Below are positions 1 to 10,536 of a DNA stretch of 64,000 bases, piece by piece (positions within the stretch are counted from its first letter, which is position 1; each line of letters opens with the position of its first letter). The position numbers and the translations under genes are program-made. Source of the stretch: Acidobacteriota bacterium (GTDB taxonomy: Bacteria; Acidobacteriota; UBA890; WLXD01); NCBI GenBank assembly GCA_963666215.2, contig CAXWPL010000003.1, positions 128,001-192,000 on the forward strand. The letters are read 5' to 3'. Under the pieces are notes generated by a model, which was not told where the DNA came from, did no database searches, and was given only the letters and a program-made list of their open reading frames with translations.

Positions 1-763
1 CGACCGGGATCGCCAGGGCGGGGGCGTCGGTATGGACGAGGTCCGCGCGAGCTGCGCGATCTTCGAGATCCACGCGATCCACGAGATCTACGGTCCGATC
101 GCGCACGGCCAGCACGGCGTCGGCACGCGACGCCACGGCGCGGCTGTGGGTGGCCACGACGAGCGTTAGCCCGCGCGCCGCAACAATCGACGTCAGCAAG
201 CTGATGACCTGCTCGCCGGTCTCCTCGTCGAGGTTGCCGGTGGGCTCATCGGCAAGCACCAACGGCGGCTCGGCGGCGATCGCCCGGGCAATCGCCACAC
301 GCTGCTGCTCTCCGCCCGAAAGACGATCGGGAAACGCCGCCCCCCGATCCGCAAGACCGACCGCGTCGAGGAGCTCGCCGACCCGACGCGCAACCCCGCC
401 GATGCCATTGAGCTCCAGCGGCAGGCTCACGTTCTCGGCCGCCGTCAGCGTGGGAATCAGGTTGAAGAACTGAAAGACGAAGCCAATGTGACGGCGTCGA
501 AACAGCGTGCGCTCGTGTTCGCTGACGTCGGTCATCGACCGCCCTCCAACGAAGATCGAACCGGACGTTGGCGCGTCGATTCCCGCGATCAGGTTCAACA
601 GCGTCGATTTGCCAGAGCCACTGCGCCCGAGGAGAGCCACGATCGTGCCCGGCTCGATCACCAAATCGACAGCTTCGAGCACGCTGCGCTCTTCGGCGCC
701 TTCGGCATAGCGCTTGTTGACGCCCCGAAGCTCGACGGCGGGAGCCGTAGCTGGCGGATTCAT
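1..763 (-). CDS. ABC transporter ATP-binding protein (LolD/YbbA-like), runs off window start
   Basis: Manual minus-strand translation from ATG at 763: Walker [22 protein letters not shown], signature [14 protein letters not shown], Walker [12 protein letters not shown]-loop VATH. Absent from the ORF track because no stop lies in the window. Confidence 0.93.
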   Translation of the reverse strand, partial: MNPPATAPAVELRGVNKRYAEGAEERSVLEAVDLVIEPGTIVALLGRSGSGKSTLLNLIAGIDAPTSGSIFVGGRSMTDVSEHERTLFRRRHIGFVFQFFNLIPTLTAAENVSLPLELNGIGGVARRVGELLDAVGLADRGAAFPDRLSGGEQQRVAIARAIAAEPPLVLADEPTGNLDEETGEQVISLLTSIVAARGLTLVVATHSRAVASRADAVLAVRDRTVDLVDRVDLEDRAARADLVHTDAPALAIPV

Positions 764-776
764 CGGTTCGAAACCC

Positions 777-965
777 TCAGGCGGACGTCGACGTGGTCCG
801 CTTGGGCCTCGGCCTCAGCTCGCCGCCGCAGTTCGGACACGTACGATCGAGGCTCTCCGCGCACCCGCCACAGAAAGTGCACTCGTAGCTACAGATGTAG
901 GCGTCGTCGGTAACGTCCGTCGCGCGTCCGCAACGCTCGCAGGTCGCCTTCATCTCGAGTGCCAT
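777..965 (-). CDS. DUF1272 family small Cys-rich protein
   Basis: CERC...[14 protein letters not shown]...[12 protein letters not shown] pattern typical of DUF1272. Confidence 0.85.
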   Translation of the reverse strand: MALEMKATCERCGRATDVTDDAYICSYECTFCGGCAESLDRTCPNCGGELRPRPKRTTSTSA

Positions 966-979
966 GGCTGAAGGCCGCC

Positions 980-2209
980 CTACTCGGCTGCAGACTCGTC
1001 GCCGCCGGCTTCAACCGAGGCCCGCAAACGCTGCAGCACGCCGTCCATGAAGCCGCGTTGAATCCAGCGCACGACCACTACGAGATCGTGCTCCGGATCA
1101 ACCCAAACAACATTGCCGCCGCCGCGGGCGGCATACGAGCTGTGCGGCGCGCTCGGCCACAGCAATCCATCGGTGTTGAGCCACCACAGGTAGCCATACT
1201 CAGGCTTGATGTCGGTGGGCGTCGTGATTAGCTCGATCCAGCGCTCCGAGAGAATCTGGGCATCGCGCCAGCGCCCGCGTCGCAGGTGCAGATAGCCGAA
1301 CCGGGCCAGGTCGCGGCTGGCGATCCACATGCCACCACCCCAATGTCCGCCACCGCTCACCGATTGCACTTCGCGTCCGTCGAGCTCCACGTGGGAGTTG
1401 CGATAGCCGTGCCATCGCCAGGAGCGGCTGGCGCCAATCGGCTCCATGATCTCAGTGCTGAGCCTCGTTGGCAGCGCGCCGTTGAAGACTCTCAGCAACG
1501 CCAACGCGGTTCGATTAACGCGAACGTCGTTGTACTCCCAGAAGGTGCCTGGCTCCTGCAGCTGGCGGTCGCGCCCCTCACGCCGGTCGGCGGTGTCGGG
1601 CTTGTCCCAGAGCACACCCTCCCACTCGTTCGTTTGGTTCAGCAGCATGTGCCAGGTGATTTTGGAGTTGTGCGGCGAGTCGAAGCCGCCGTCGTCGACG
1701 AGCTCTGCCACCGGCGCGTGCAAATCCGGGATCGTCTCACGGTCGAATGCTACGCCGGCGAGCGTTGCGAGGAAGCTCTTGGTCACGCTGAACGTCATGT
1801 CGACGCGCGCCGTGTCGCCCCACTCGGCAATGATGTAGCCGTGGCGCAGCACCAGTCCGTTCATTGGCCCACGCTCTTTCAACGGCCCTATGAGCTCCTG
1901 ATCGGGCAGCCCTTCGAAACGCGACTCCAGATAGCCGCGAAGATCCGTTGGCGTGTCGGCCTCGTTGGCTTGGGCGAAGGCAACCGCGGCGGCCAGCAGG
2001 TCGGGATCCATGCCGACCTCGTCGGGCGCCCGCGTCTGCCAGGCCTCGCCGCGTAGCGGGAAGTACTCGGGCGCCCCCACCTCGTCCGCGTCCGAGAGAA
2101 CCGGAGCCACCAGCTCGTTGTCCAGGCAACCCGCGACGATGAGGCCAAGCAATCCGATCGTGATGCTCGACGCCCCCGCACGCCACCAAGACCATCGACC
2201 GCCCGCCAT
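980..2209 (-). CDS. Serine hydrolase, beta-lactamase/transpeptidase-like family, probable lipoprotein
   Basis: SxxK (SVTK), YxD (WEYND), LARFGYL and YGYLWW motifs; lipobox-like IVAGC. Confidence 0.85.
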   Translation of the reverse strand: MAGGRWSWWRAGASSITIGLLGLIVAGCLDNELVAPVLSDADEVGAPEYFPLRGEAWQTRAPDEVGMDPDLLAAAVAFAQANEADTPTDLRGYLESRFEGLPDQELIGPLKERGPMNGLVLRHGYIIAEWGDTARVDMTFSVTKSFLATLAGVAFDRETIPDLHAPVAELVDDGGFDSPHNSKITWHMLLNQTNEWEGVLWDKPDTADRREGRDRQLQEPGTFWEYNDVRVNRTALALLRVFNGALPTRLSTEIMEPIGASRSWRWHGYRNSHVELDGREVQSVSGGGHWGGGMWIASRDLARFGYLHLRRGRWRDAQILSERWIELITTPTDIKPEYGYLWWLNTDGLLWPSAPHSSYAARGGGNVVWVDPEHDLVVVVRWIQRGFMDGVLQRLRASVEAGGDESAAE

Positions 2210-2215
2210 AGCGCG

Positions 2216-2581
2216 CTAGCCCTCCTCTCGGTGGACCGCGTGGGGCGCGAACGCGGGCGCACAAACGGCGATGTACTCGGCACCCTCGGGGCCGGGCGTG
2301 TGATATCGCACCCGCTCGCCGGCCGCCGCGATGACGGCTTGTCCCGGGCCAACACACAGCTCTCCGTCGTCGTGCTCGACAACGAGCTCGCCGCGCAGAA
2401 CCAAGGTGTACTCGTCGAACTCGGGACGTTGGGCGGGCTCAGCCCAGCCACTCGGACTTCGCATGCGCGCGATGCTGACGACCTCCGTGCCCGAAGCAAC
2501 ACGACCGACGAACTCCCCGATCACTTTCGGCTTGTTGCCGGCAGCCTCGATGCGCTGCGGGGCTTTGATCAACGTCGGCAT
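2216..2581 (-). CDS. Cupin domain protein
   Basis: MPTLIKAPQRIEAAGNKPK...EPAQRPEFDEYTLVLRGEL...GQAVI...VRY; start reassigned to ATG at 2581. Confidence 0.8.
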   Translation of the reverse strand: MPTLIKAPQRIEAAGNKPKVIGEFVGRVASGTEVVSIARMRSPSGWAEPAQRPEFDEYTLVLRGELVVEHDDGELCVGPGQAVIAAAGERVRYHTPGPEGAEYIAVCAPAFAPHAVHREEG

Positions 2582-2943
2582 GTGCTCTGTCCTCGGTGCG
2601 CAGACGAATCGGCGAGAACGCATCAACGCTTCAGTGCCTTGACGCTTCGCGCCGCATGGGCCATCGGCGAGCGCTGCAGACACAATGTTCTCAGCGGCCG
2701 CGGCTGCGGCGCTCGCTCGCCCGGCTCAATTTACACCACCCACCACGAGCGGCGACCGCGCGGTTGTTCCTCACATACCTCGGTGGGATACTCGTCGCAG
2801 CGCCCGTTCCTCAGTCGCAGCCGCCGTCTCGATGGACGGATCGTGCTGTGCTCGAAGCACCCGAACATCCAGAGATTGGCGCACGTGGCGGCAGTGGCCG
2901 CCCGCCGTAGACTCCCGTCCGCCGTAATAGGAGAGCCCTCCCG

Positions 2944-5037
2944 ATGCAGCGATACCGCCTGGCGCTTGCGCTAGCGCTCGTTCTCACAGTGTCCTTTTCT
3001 CCGCTGTCGTACGCCCAAGCCCCCGAAGCCGCCCAGGCGTCGGACCCCGCCGCCGCGAAGCTCCAGATCGACATCTCCCAGATCAAGCTCGAGGTCGGCG
3101 AAACTGCCACAATCACGGCCACCGTCACCGACGCCGACGGCAACGTGATCGAAACGCCCGAGTTGATCTACTTCTCCATGGCGCGCCGCAACGTCGGCAT
3201 CAAGGATGGAGTGATCGAGGCCTACCGGCCGGGCGAAGAGATGCGGATTATCGCGGCCGTGCCGCATGACGGAATGAACTTCCGCGCGCTCCGCAACCCG
3301 GCGGCGATTGCTGCCAACCCGCTGATTCAGATGATTACGGTCACGGTTCCGACGCCGCCCATCGCCGACGTCACCATCAACGACCCACCCGAGCTCTTCT
3401 ACTCCGGCACGCGGGTTGTCCTCGAGACCACCGTGACGGACGCTTCCGGGGCCGAGCGCACCGAAGCGGAGCTGACGTTCGACAGCAGCGACGCGTCGGT
3501 GGCGCGCGTATCGCCGTCGGGAACGCTGAGCCTCCTCGCACCCGGGAACGCCACCATCGTCGCGAAGGCGGGCGACAAGACACATTCGCTGCCCATCGAG
3601 GTGATGGCCAACGGCACCGCGTCAGTCGAGCTAACCGCGTCGGCAGAAGATGCGCGTACCGGCGACGTTGTGCGCTTTTGGGCAACGGCCCGCGATGCGA
3701 ACGGCGGCACCTTGGACAGCATGCCGGTGCAGTACGCCTTCCAGACGCGAACGATCAACCACGAGCTCGGCGATCCCGGCTCAGGAATGATCACTGAGGA
3801 CGGCCGGTTCGTTGCTGACGAGGCAGGTGAGTACACGATCTTCGCGATGGCCGGTGCGCATACCGCCTCGATGACGATCGGCGTGACCAACCGCGACGTG
3901 AAACGCGAGATCGAGATCCTCGGACAGGGCGCCGTGCGCGACCGTGCGACCTCCGATCTATGGGTTTGGGAAGGCCCGGACGGCCGCGACTACGCCGTCA
4001 CCGGCACGCATAACGCCGATGGTCACGCCTATTTCTGGGACGTCACCGATCCGCGCAACATGCAGATCATCGATACGATCCGAGTTGATGCTCGCACCGT
4101 CAACGACGTCAAGGTCAACGAGGAGGGCACTATCGCGGTGATCAGCCGCGAGGGCGCCTCGAATCGCCGCAACGGCCTGGTGATCCTCGACGTCTCGGAC
4201 CTGCAGAACAAGGGCGCCCAGATCCTGTCGCGCTACGACGACGAGCTCACCGGCGGAGTGCACAACGTCTTCGTCTACGAGGACCACGTCTACGCGCTGA
4301 GCGCCGGGCAACGCTACGACATCATCAACATCGAAGACCCGACGGCGCCGCACCGTGTCGGCCGCTTCGAGCTCGACACTCCGGGGCACTCGATTCACGA
4401 CGTGTGGGTTACCGACGGTATCGCCTATTCGTCCAACTGGCTCGACGGCGTGGTGGCGGTTGATATCGGCGGCGGCGACAAGGGCGGCACACCCCGCAGT
4501 CCCGTAATGCTGGGTAAGACGCCCTACCCGAACGGCTGGAACCACGCGGCGTTCCCGTTCCGCAGCAAGTCAACCGGCAAGTTCTACATGATCGGCGGCG
4601 ACGAGGCTGGCGAGCGGGGCGGCACCCCGGGCTACGACGGCGAGCCCCCGCGCATGCAGGGCTGGATCCACATCTTCGAGTGGGACGAGTGGGACAACCC
4701 CACCGAGGTCGCACGCTACCAGGTTCCCGAGGCCGGGACACACAACGTTTGGGTCGACGAAGAGAACGAGATCCTCTACGTCGCCTACTACCAGGGCGGA
4801 CTGCGCGTGGTCGATATCTCTGGAGAGCTGCTGGGCGACCTTTACCGGCAGGGCCGCGAGATTGCCTACTTCTTGCCGTTCGACCCCGACGGATTCGTGC
4901 CCAACGCGCCCTTCACCTGGGGACCGCAGCCGTTCAAAGGCAACATCTTCTTCGCCGACTACCACTCGGGCCTGTGGGCGGTGCGCTTGAAGCCCCGCGA
5001 AGGTGAAGAGGGCGTCGCCGACGGATCCCGCGACTAG
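2944..5037 (+). CDS. Secreted Ig-like domain + LVIVD-repeat beta-propeller protein
   Basis: Signal peptide; Big_2-like segments (TFDSSDASVARVSPSG); LVIVD-type repeats (GLVILDVSD, GLRVVDIS); RBS AGGAG upstream. Confidence 0.8.
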   Translation: MQRYRLALALALVLTVSFSPLSYAQAPEAAQASDPAAAKLQIDISQIKLEVGETATITATVTDADGNVIETPELIYFSMARRNVGIKDGVIEAYRPGEEMRIIAAVPHDGMNFRALRNPAAIAANPLIQMITVTVPTPPIADVTINDPPELFYSGTRVVLETTVTDASGAERTEAELTFDSSDASVARVSPSGTLSLLAPGNATIVAKAGDKTHSLPIEVMANGTASVELTASAEDARTGDVVRFWATARDANGGTLDSMPVQYAFQTRTINHELGDPGSGMITEDGRFVADEAGEYTIFAMAGAHTASMTIGVTNRDVKREIEILGQGAVRDRATSDLWVWEGPDGRDYAVTGTHNADGHAYFWDVTDPRNMQIIDTIRVDARTVNDVKVNEEGTIAVISREGASNRRNGLVILDVSDLQNKGAQILSRYDDELTGGVHNVFVYEDHVYALSAGQRYDIINIEDPTAPHRVGRFELDTPGHSIHDVWVTDGIAYSSNWLDGVVAVDIGGGDKGGTPRSPVMLGKTPYPNGWNHAAFPFRSKSTGKFYMIGGDEAGERGGTPGYDGEPPRMQGWIHIFEWDEWDNPTEVARYQVPEAGTHNVWVDEENEILYVAYYQGGLRVVDISGELLGDLYRQGREIAYFLPFDPDGFVPNAPFTWGPQPFKGNIFFADYHSGLWAVRLKPREGEEGVADGSRD

Positions 5038-5104
5038 ACAGCACACTCACGCCGAGGCACCGCCGGGCCAGAGCAACGTACAACCGGAAAGCTTGGAGGA
5101 CTCG

Positions 5105-6307
5105 ATGAACACTCACGCATCGAGGCGCACACTGCCAGGGTTGCTGGCAGTGGCGCTCGTAGCATCGGTGGGAATCGGCGCGGCTGGCGGCTACGAGGTA
5201 GTCGGCGCGCAAGAGCGCACCTACTACCTTTACGTCGCCGCGGAGTCGGAGGACGTGGTCGAGAAGATCTCCTTCGGGCCGGGCGGCTTCCAGAAAATCG
5301 CGAGCATCCCCGTCGGGGTGTTTCCGACCGAAACCGAAGGCCCGCACGGGCTGGCGGTGTCGCCCGACGGTGAGTACTGGTTCGTTACCGTGGCGCACGG
5401 TAACCCGTTCGGCATTCTGTTCAAGTACGACACCGCCACCGACACCTACCAAGGCGATGTCAAGCTCGGGCTGTTCCCTGCGACGATCTCGATTTCGCCG
5501 AGCACCGGCCTGCTGTTCGCTGCCAACTTCAATCTGCACGGCGATCACGTGCCGAGCTCGGTGTCGGTGGTCGAAACCGAGACGATGACCGAGGTGGCGC
5601 AGATTCCCACCGGGGTCATGCCGCACGGCTCGCGCATGAACAAGGCGGGCTCCAAGCAGTACAGCGTTGCGATGATGAGCGACGAGCTGCGCGAGATCGA
5701 CGTCTACCGCATGGAGACGTCGCGCGTCTTGCCGCTGTCGGAGAACGCTCCCTCCTGGATGCACTACCAGGAGCATGGCAATGGGCTCATGGACGAAAAC
5801 ATGAGCGACCATAGCGGGATGGGTCATGGCGCCATGGCCGGCGGTTCGCACGAGGCCATGAAGCCGCCGATCATCAAGCCGACCTGGGCCAGCCCACCGA
5901 CGCCACAGGGCAAGATCTACGTCGCCGGCAACGGCTCGGCCAGGATCCTCGAGGTCGATCTCGAAAGCTGGAAGGTCACTCGAACGTTCGAAAACACGTC
6001 GAAGGGCCCCTACAATCTCGACGTCACGTCCGACGGCAAGCAGCTCGCGGTTACCTACAAGAGTGATAAGGCCGTCGGCATCTGGGATCTCGAGCTCGGC
6101 GAGGAAACCGCGAACATTCCGACGCTGCGGCCCATCCCACACGGCATGGTGATCTCGCCCGACAACCGCTACGCCTTCGCGTCCATCGAGGGCATCGGCG
6201 GCGAGCCCGGCTCGGTGGAGGCCTACGATATGCAGACCGGCGAGCGCGTCGGCAACATCGACCTCGCCAAGCAGGCCGGCGGCATTGTCGTCTGGAAGAT
6301 GCAGTAG
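5105..6307 (+). CDS. Secreted YncE/YVTN-type beta-propeller protein
   Basis: GGAGGA RBS; signal peptide; repeated GPHGLAVSPDG / PHG / PYNLDVTSDG blades. Confidence 0.8.
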   Translation: MNTHASRRTLPGLLAVALVASVGIGAAGGYEVVGAQERTYYLYVAAESEDVVEKISFGPGGFQKIASIPVGVFPTETEGPHGLAVSPDGEYWFVTVAHGNPFGILFKYDTATDTYQGDVKLGLFPATISISPSTGLLFAANFNLHGDHVPSSVSVVETETMTEVAQIPTGVMPHGSRMNKAGSKQYSVAMMSDELREIDVYRMETSRVLPLSENAPSWMHYQEHGNGLMDENMSDHSGMGHGAMAGGSHEAMKPPIIKPTWASPPTPQGKIYVAGNGSARILEVDLESWKVTRTFENTSKGPYNLDVTSDGKQLAVTYKSDKAVGIWDLELGEETANIPTLRPIPHGMVISPDNRYAFASIEGIGGEPGSVEAYDMQTGERVGNIDLAKQAGGIVVWKMQ

Positions 6308-6481
6308 GGCGGCTTTTGGAACTTGCGGTACCGGGCAATCCTCTAGAGCAGACGCCGCCGCTTCGCCACCCTGGTCGGCTGCAGGCCCCACGAACTCGCC
6401 TCGTTCTGGGCGAGCGTGAGTCCTACGCCGTCGACGTCGGGCGCTCGGCGCGTTCCTGCAGCGTTGGCCAGGGGCTCGGTC

Positions 6482-6955
6482 ATGACACTCCAGTACCGCG
6501 AAATGCGAGCTGACGAGGCGGACGCCGTGGCCTCGATGGTTGCTGAGTGCTTCGACCGTTACGTGGGGTCCGATTTCTCCGCCGAAGGGAGAGCGGAATT
6601 CCGGCGCTTCTCCTCGGCGGCGACCATCGCTGGACGCATGCACGACCACTGGCTCCTCATGGCCCTTGGGCCTTCGCAGGAAGTGGCGGGCGTGATCGAG
6701 ATCCGCGCGCTCCGGCACGTGTCGTTGCTGTTTGTCGCCGAGAGTTTTCAACGACGGGGCATCGCTGCCGAGCTCATGAAGCGAGCGCTCGCCAGAATCG
6801 CGGTTGAGGACCCCAGCCTTCGGGAGGTAACCGTGAACTCGTCGCTCTTTGCTGTAAGGGCCTACGAACGCTTCGGCTTTGTCGCCGACGGCCCCGAGCA
6901 GGTCACGAAGGGCATCCGCTTCGTGCCGATGCGCCGCGCTGTGGCGAAACCGTAG
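6482..6955 (+). CDS. GNAT family N-acetyltransferase
   Basis: LLFVAESFQRRGIAAEL (motif A); VNSSLFAVRAYERFGF. Confidence 0.85.
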   Translation: MTLQYREMRADEADAVASMVAECFDRYVGSDFSAEGRAEFRRFSSAATIAGRMHDHWLLMALGPSQEVAGVIEIRALRHVSLLFVAESFQRRGIAAELMKRALARIAVEDPSLREVTVNSSLFAVRAYERFGFVADGPEQVTKGIRFVPMRRAVAKP

Positions 6956-7038
6956 GCGTCTTAGCGTCGAGTCGGGCAACGCGCCGCATCCGAGTCGTCG
7001 ACGCCCGCGTGCTTCTTGCCGCCCCTCGCGAAGCGGCG

Positions 7039-8857
7039 CTAGGGCTGCTTCCAGTTAGTAATCCGAAGCTGGTACAGGCGCGGCGTATCGGGCGGCAGCA
7101 GCCCAGGCGTCAACAGGTCGTTGTCGAACTGAAAGTCGCGAGTTGGAATCCTGTAGTACCAGCAGCACTGGAACTGCGAGTCGGCCCACACGCTCTCCCA
7201 CAGAACGACAGAGCTGCCACGCCACGTGACGGTGTACGGCGAAGAGGGACGCCAGTTCTCGAGCATGCGCATGATGTTCTGCGGACCGCCGTTGCTGCCG
7301 GACGGGGTGGTCTCCATCATCCCGGTCATCATCGAGAAGTTGTAGGTGGTGCTCAGCGGTCTGCGATTCGACATGGAAAGCGAGCTGTACCCCAGGTCGT
7401 CATCCGGCTGGCTGCCCGGTATGTTTCCGCTGGCGTTCTTACGACCCCACCGCCTACTCAGGATGGTGACGGCATCTGCGATGATCGCCGTCGGTTGTTT
7501 CTGACTCGTGTTGTAGTTGCCGCGCACGTATGCGGGGTTGTCGGTCGCCACCGTCAGCGGCCCAGCCAACTCCTCCGCGTTCGCCAACTTGACGGCGAAG
7601 TCGGTATCGCCACCGTTGTAGTGAGCGGCGTACGGAGCCCAGGCCGCTGGCCACGCGGTGGTTGTCCAGTTGCTTCCGTCCCAGAAGGGAATGCCCCACG
7701 TCGGCATCGTGCCGCCCGGCTGCCCCATGGCGACGTACACCGTCCCACCGCCAGCTGGCCACGCAGGGGAACGGCCGAGCTTCTCGAGATCAATCTCGAG
7801 TGTCAGCATTTCGTGACCTTCACGCTGGTCCAAGATCACGGTCGGGCGGATCGCACTCTCACCGGTTATCGGGTCGATCGTCGACACGACGTTGCCGGCG
7901 GCGTCGGTGGGCACGCCGTTGAGGATGAACACATCCGCTTTGTAGGCGAACTTCACCCGCCGCTCGGCGGCGGAGTCGCTCACCTCAGGTGGCTCGATGA
8001 GCACCCGCGGATGGCTCGGATCGGGCAGCGGAAGATGCAACGGCTTGACGCCGTGCGCGCCCGAGCGCAGGTTGCCGTCCCACCGCGCGAGCGAATCCGT
8101 GTACCAATCCGGGCTCGCGGACACCAGCGACCCCATCGCCACAAAGTTGCCGTCGGCATCGCGGAACTGCCGGACACCGCCGCCGTAGCCCTGGAAGGTG
8201 TCGTAGTTGTAGACCTCGCCTACGGCGGTCACCACCCCGTCGAATCGCAACGGGTTCGAATGCGGCCAGTCGTTGGCGTACAGGTCGGCGTTCGTATGCA
8301 CACGACCCGTTATGGTCATGGGGCTACCGGGATTGAACGCCAGATCGTCGTCGAAAAACAGTGCGAACTGGAAGATCGGAATCAGATCCAGCAGCGCCGA
8401 CATCTCGACGGTGGATTTGCCGAACGGGAAGCTCGACGTTTCGCTCGTCACGGCCGCATGGAAAGGCTTCGTGAAGGCCGTGAGTCCCTGGTAGAGGCCG
8501 GTCTGAATCGGCTCGACGACCTCTGCGCCGGTCTCGGCCACACTTACGACGCTGTGATTGACTCCGTGCGTAACCGGCAGGGTGATCGAAGCGAGCTCCG
8601 ACGATGTGGGGAACCCACCGTTCTGTTCCGACAAGCTGAATCACGCGATCGTAGGCGGCGTGCACAGCACCATCGGCGGCGTAGAAGGCACGCTGCGTAG
8701 CCTCGTAGCTACCGGCGATCTCGACCGTATCTCCTGCGTCTCGCGACATCGAGAGCGCCAGCACGCTGATCATCACGGTAACCAGAAGCACCGCCAGCAG
8801 GGCGCCGCCACGCTCGCCATGCGAGCCACGCTCATGCTTGGTACGCCGCCTGCTCAC
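7039..8857 (-). CDS. PilX-like minor pilin with a large C-terminal domain; single frameshift at ~8633-8634
   Basis: GTG at 8857 overlaps the upstream TGA. N-terminus ERGGALLAVLLVTVMISVLAL...RAFYAADG is PilX-like. Removing one base joins it to ORF 7039..8634 (..VIQLSEQNGG..). Confidence 0.7.
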
Positions 8858-9723
8858 GACACGAGTCCAATAACGCGCGGCGAGACTCTCATCCGCAAGG
8901 CGACCTCCGGATGGTTCCCGGTATCCAGGCGCGCCACCGCCGACCGCAGTCGCACATCGAACTCGACCGTCCGGATGCGCAGCTGATCTACGGCGCTCGA
9001 AGGTGTGAAAACAACCTGCGGATCGCTGTTGTCGAAGTACCGCAGCTGAAACATCAGCACGCCCACCGCGAGCGGTTGAGCAGCATCGCCGTTCACCTGC
9101 CGCCACAGCGTCGGTACACCGGTAGAACTGTCATTCCAGTAGGTCACTTGCCGGATCGCGGAGATGACCGAGGAATTGGCGACCGTGTACTCGGCTGCGA
9201 GTCCCTCCTCGAGCTTCAAGCGAACCGGCCCTGGCGGCAATGCCGCTATGCGGCCAATCTCATAGTTGCCGGTGGCGTCGTAGATGGCGATCGGATCGCC
9301 CACAACGAAGCCCGAAACCGAATCGGGGTACACCCAGAACGCAGAGGCGCTGCTGTCCTGCGTGAGGAAGCCTGTCGGCCCCCCGGGGTTGCTGCGAATC
9401 TCGATCCGATTCGTGCCGGTCGGAACAATCAGCGGCATCGGTGCTACGAGGCCGGCGAACCCCACGCCGGCCACGCGCAGGTCTCGCTGCAGCCAATGGA
9501 TCGCCGAGCGGGCCGCCTGATCGATGTCGGCGCGGTTTCGAGCATCGGCGTCGGCGGACTGCACGGAAGACAACATCGTCATGCCGGCCGACGAGATCAG
9601 CGAGATCAGAAGGATCGCGACCAGCATCTCGACCAGCGAGAATCCTCGATCAAGCCTCGCGTTCGGCCGCTCGCCAGCCTGAGGACGCACCGCGCGCCCC
9701 GATGATGTCGACGCCACCATCAT
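8854..9723 (-). CDS. PilW-like prepilin-type N-terminal cleavage/methylation protein
   Basis: RGFSLVEMLVAILLISL class III signal; LQRDLRVAG motif; ATGA overlap with the upstream gene. Confidence 0.85.
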   Translation of the reverse strand: MMVASTSSGRAVRPQAGERPNARLDRGFSLVEMLVAILLISLISSAGMTMLSSVQSADADARNRADIDQAARSAIHWLQRDLRVAGVGFAGLVAPMPLIVPTGTNRIEIRSNPGGPTGFLTQDSSASAFWVYPDSVSGFVVGDPIAIYDATGNYEIGRIAALPPGPVRLKLEEGLAAEYTVANSSVISAIRQVTYWNDSSTGVPTLWRQVNGDAAQPLAVGVLMFQLRYFDNSDPQVVFTPSSAVDQLRIRTVEFDVRLRSAVARLDTGNHPEVALRMRVSPRVIGLVS

Positions 9724-10139
9724 TCCGACTTCTTTCGATACGTCTCGAGCCTCACTTCGCGAGCCGACGCCACCGTCGTCGATCGCCAACCCGAGACCAC
9801 CGTAATGTGGATGAACTGGTAGTTGTCTTCGACGATTTCCCAGCGCACGTAGCGATCCGGATCGCCTTCGTATGGATCGGTCGAGTAACCGCTCACCGAT
9901 GAGGTCGTGCTGCCGCCGGGCTGCATCGCCAACGACTCGAACGTCTGACCCAGCAGCGCCTCCATCCGCTCGGTTGCGGCGACCGTCTGCTCGCTGGTCT
10001 CTCGCGCCACCGACGACGTCAGGAGCGAGCTCAGCACCAACCCGCTGATTGTCACGGCAACGGTACCGACCAACACCAGCGAGACGATCGACTCCACGAG
10101 CGTGAAACCTCGATCGTCCCAACGAGTCGAAACGCACAA
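9720..10139 (-). CDS. PilV-like prepilin-type protein
   Basis: RGFTLVESIVSLVLVG prepilin motif; short PilV-like length; start codon uncertain. Confidence 0.8.
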   Translation of the reverse strand: MCVSTRWDDRGFTLVESIVSLVLVGTVAVTISGLVLSSLLTSSVARETSEQTVAATERMEALLGQTFESLAMQPGGSTTSSVSGYSTDPYEGDPDRYVRWEIVEDNYQFIHITVVSGWRSTTVASAREVRLETYRKKSE

Positions 10140-10536
10140 GATTCTACCCAGTGTTCAATGGAGGCCGGTGGGGATCCCGACCTACGAGAGACGTGTTCTC
10201 GAAGTAGTGACCATCAAGATAGCTGGCGCCACTTGGTCGACAGAAGCACAATCGGCACACTTGCCGGCGGCTCCGTACCCGGCCGGCTCTTGGCGGACAG
10301 CACCGGTCGGCTACCGACAAGACCGGTCCTCGTAGCGTTTTTTGCGGCCAGCCCAGGCGACGACTCTGGCGCTCTGGGCGAGCGAGCCACTTCCGCGGAC
10401 CCGCGGCGCCGCGACGGATAGCCCACCGTCCGCGCCAGGTCGACAGAAACCTCCGGCTCGTTCGTGCAAGAGGCGCCCAAAACGCGAGGCTAGCGCCTGC
10501 CCAGATGTCGAAGTCGGGAGACGATTCCCTTCCGAA

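Noticed and set aside
4934-8700. Long opposite-strand ORFs 4934..6979(-) and 7009..8700(+)
   Set aside because: GC-rich shadow frames of recognisable genes, with no motifs of their own.
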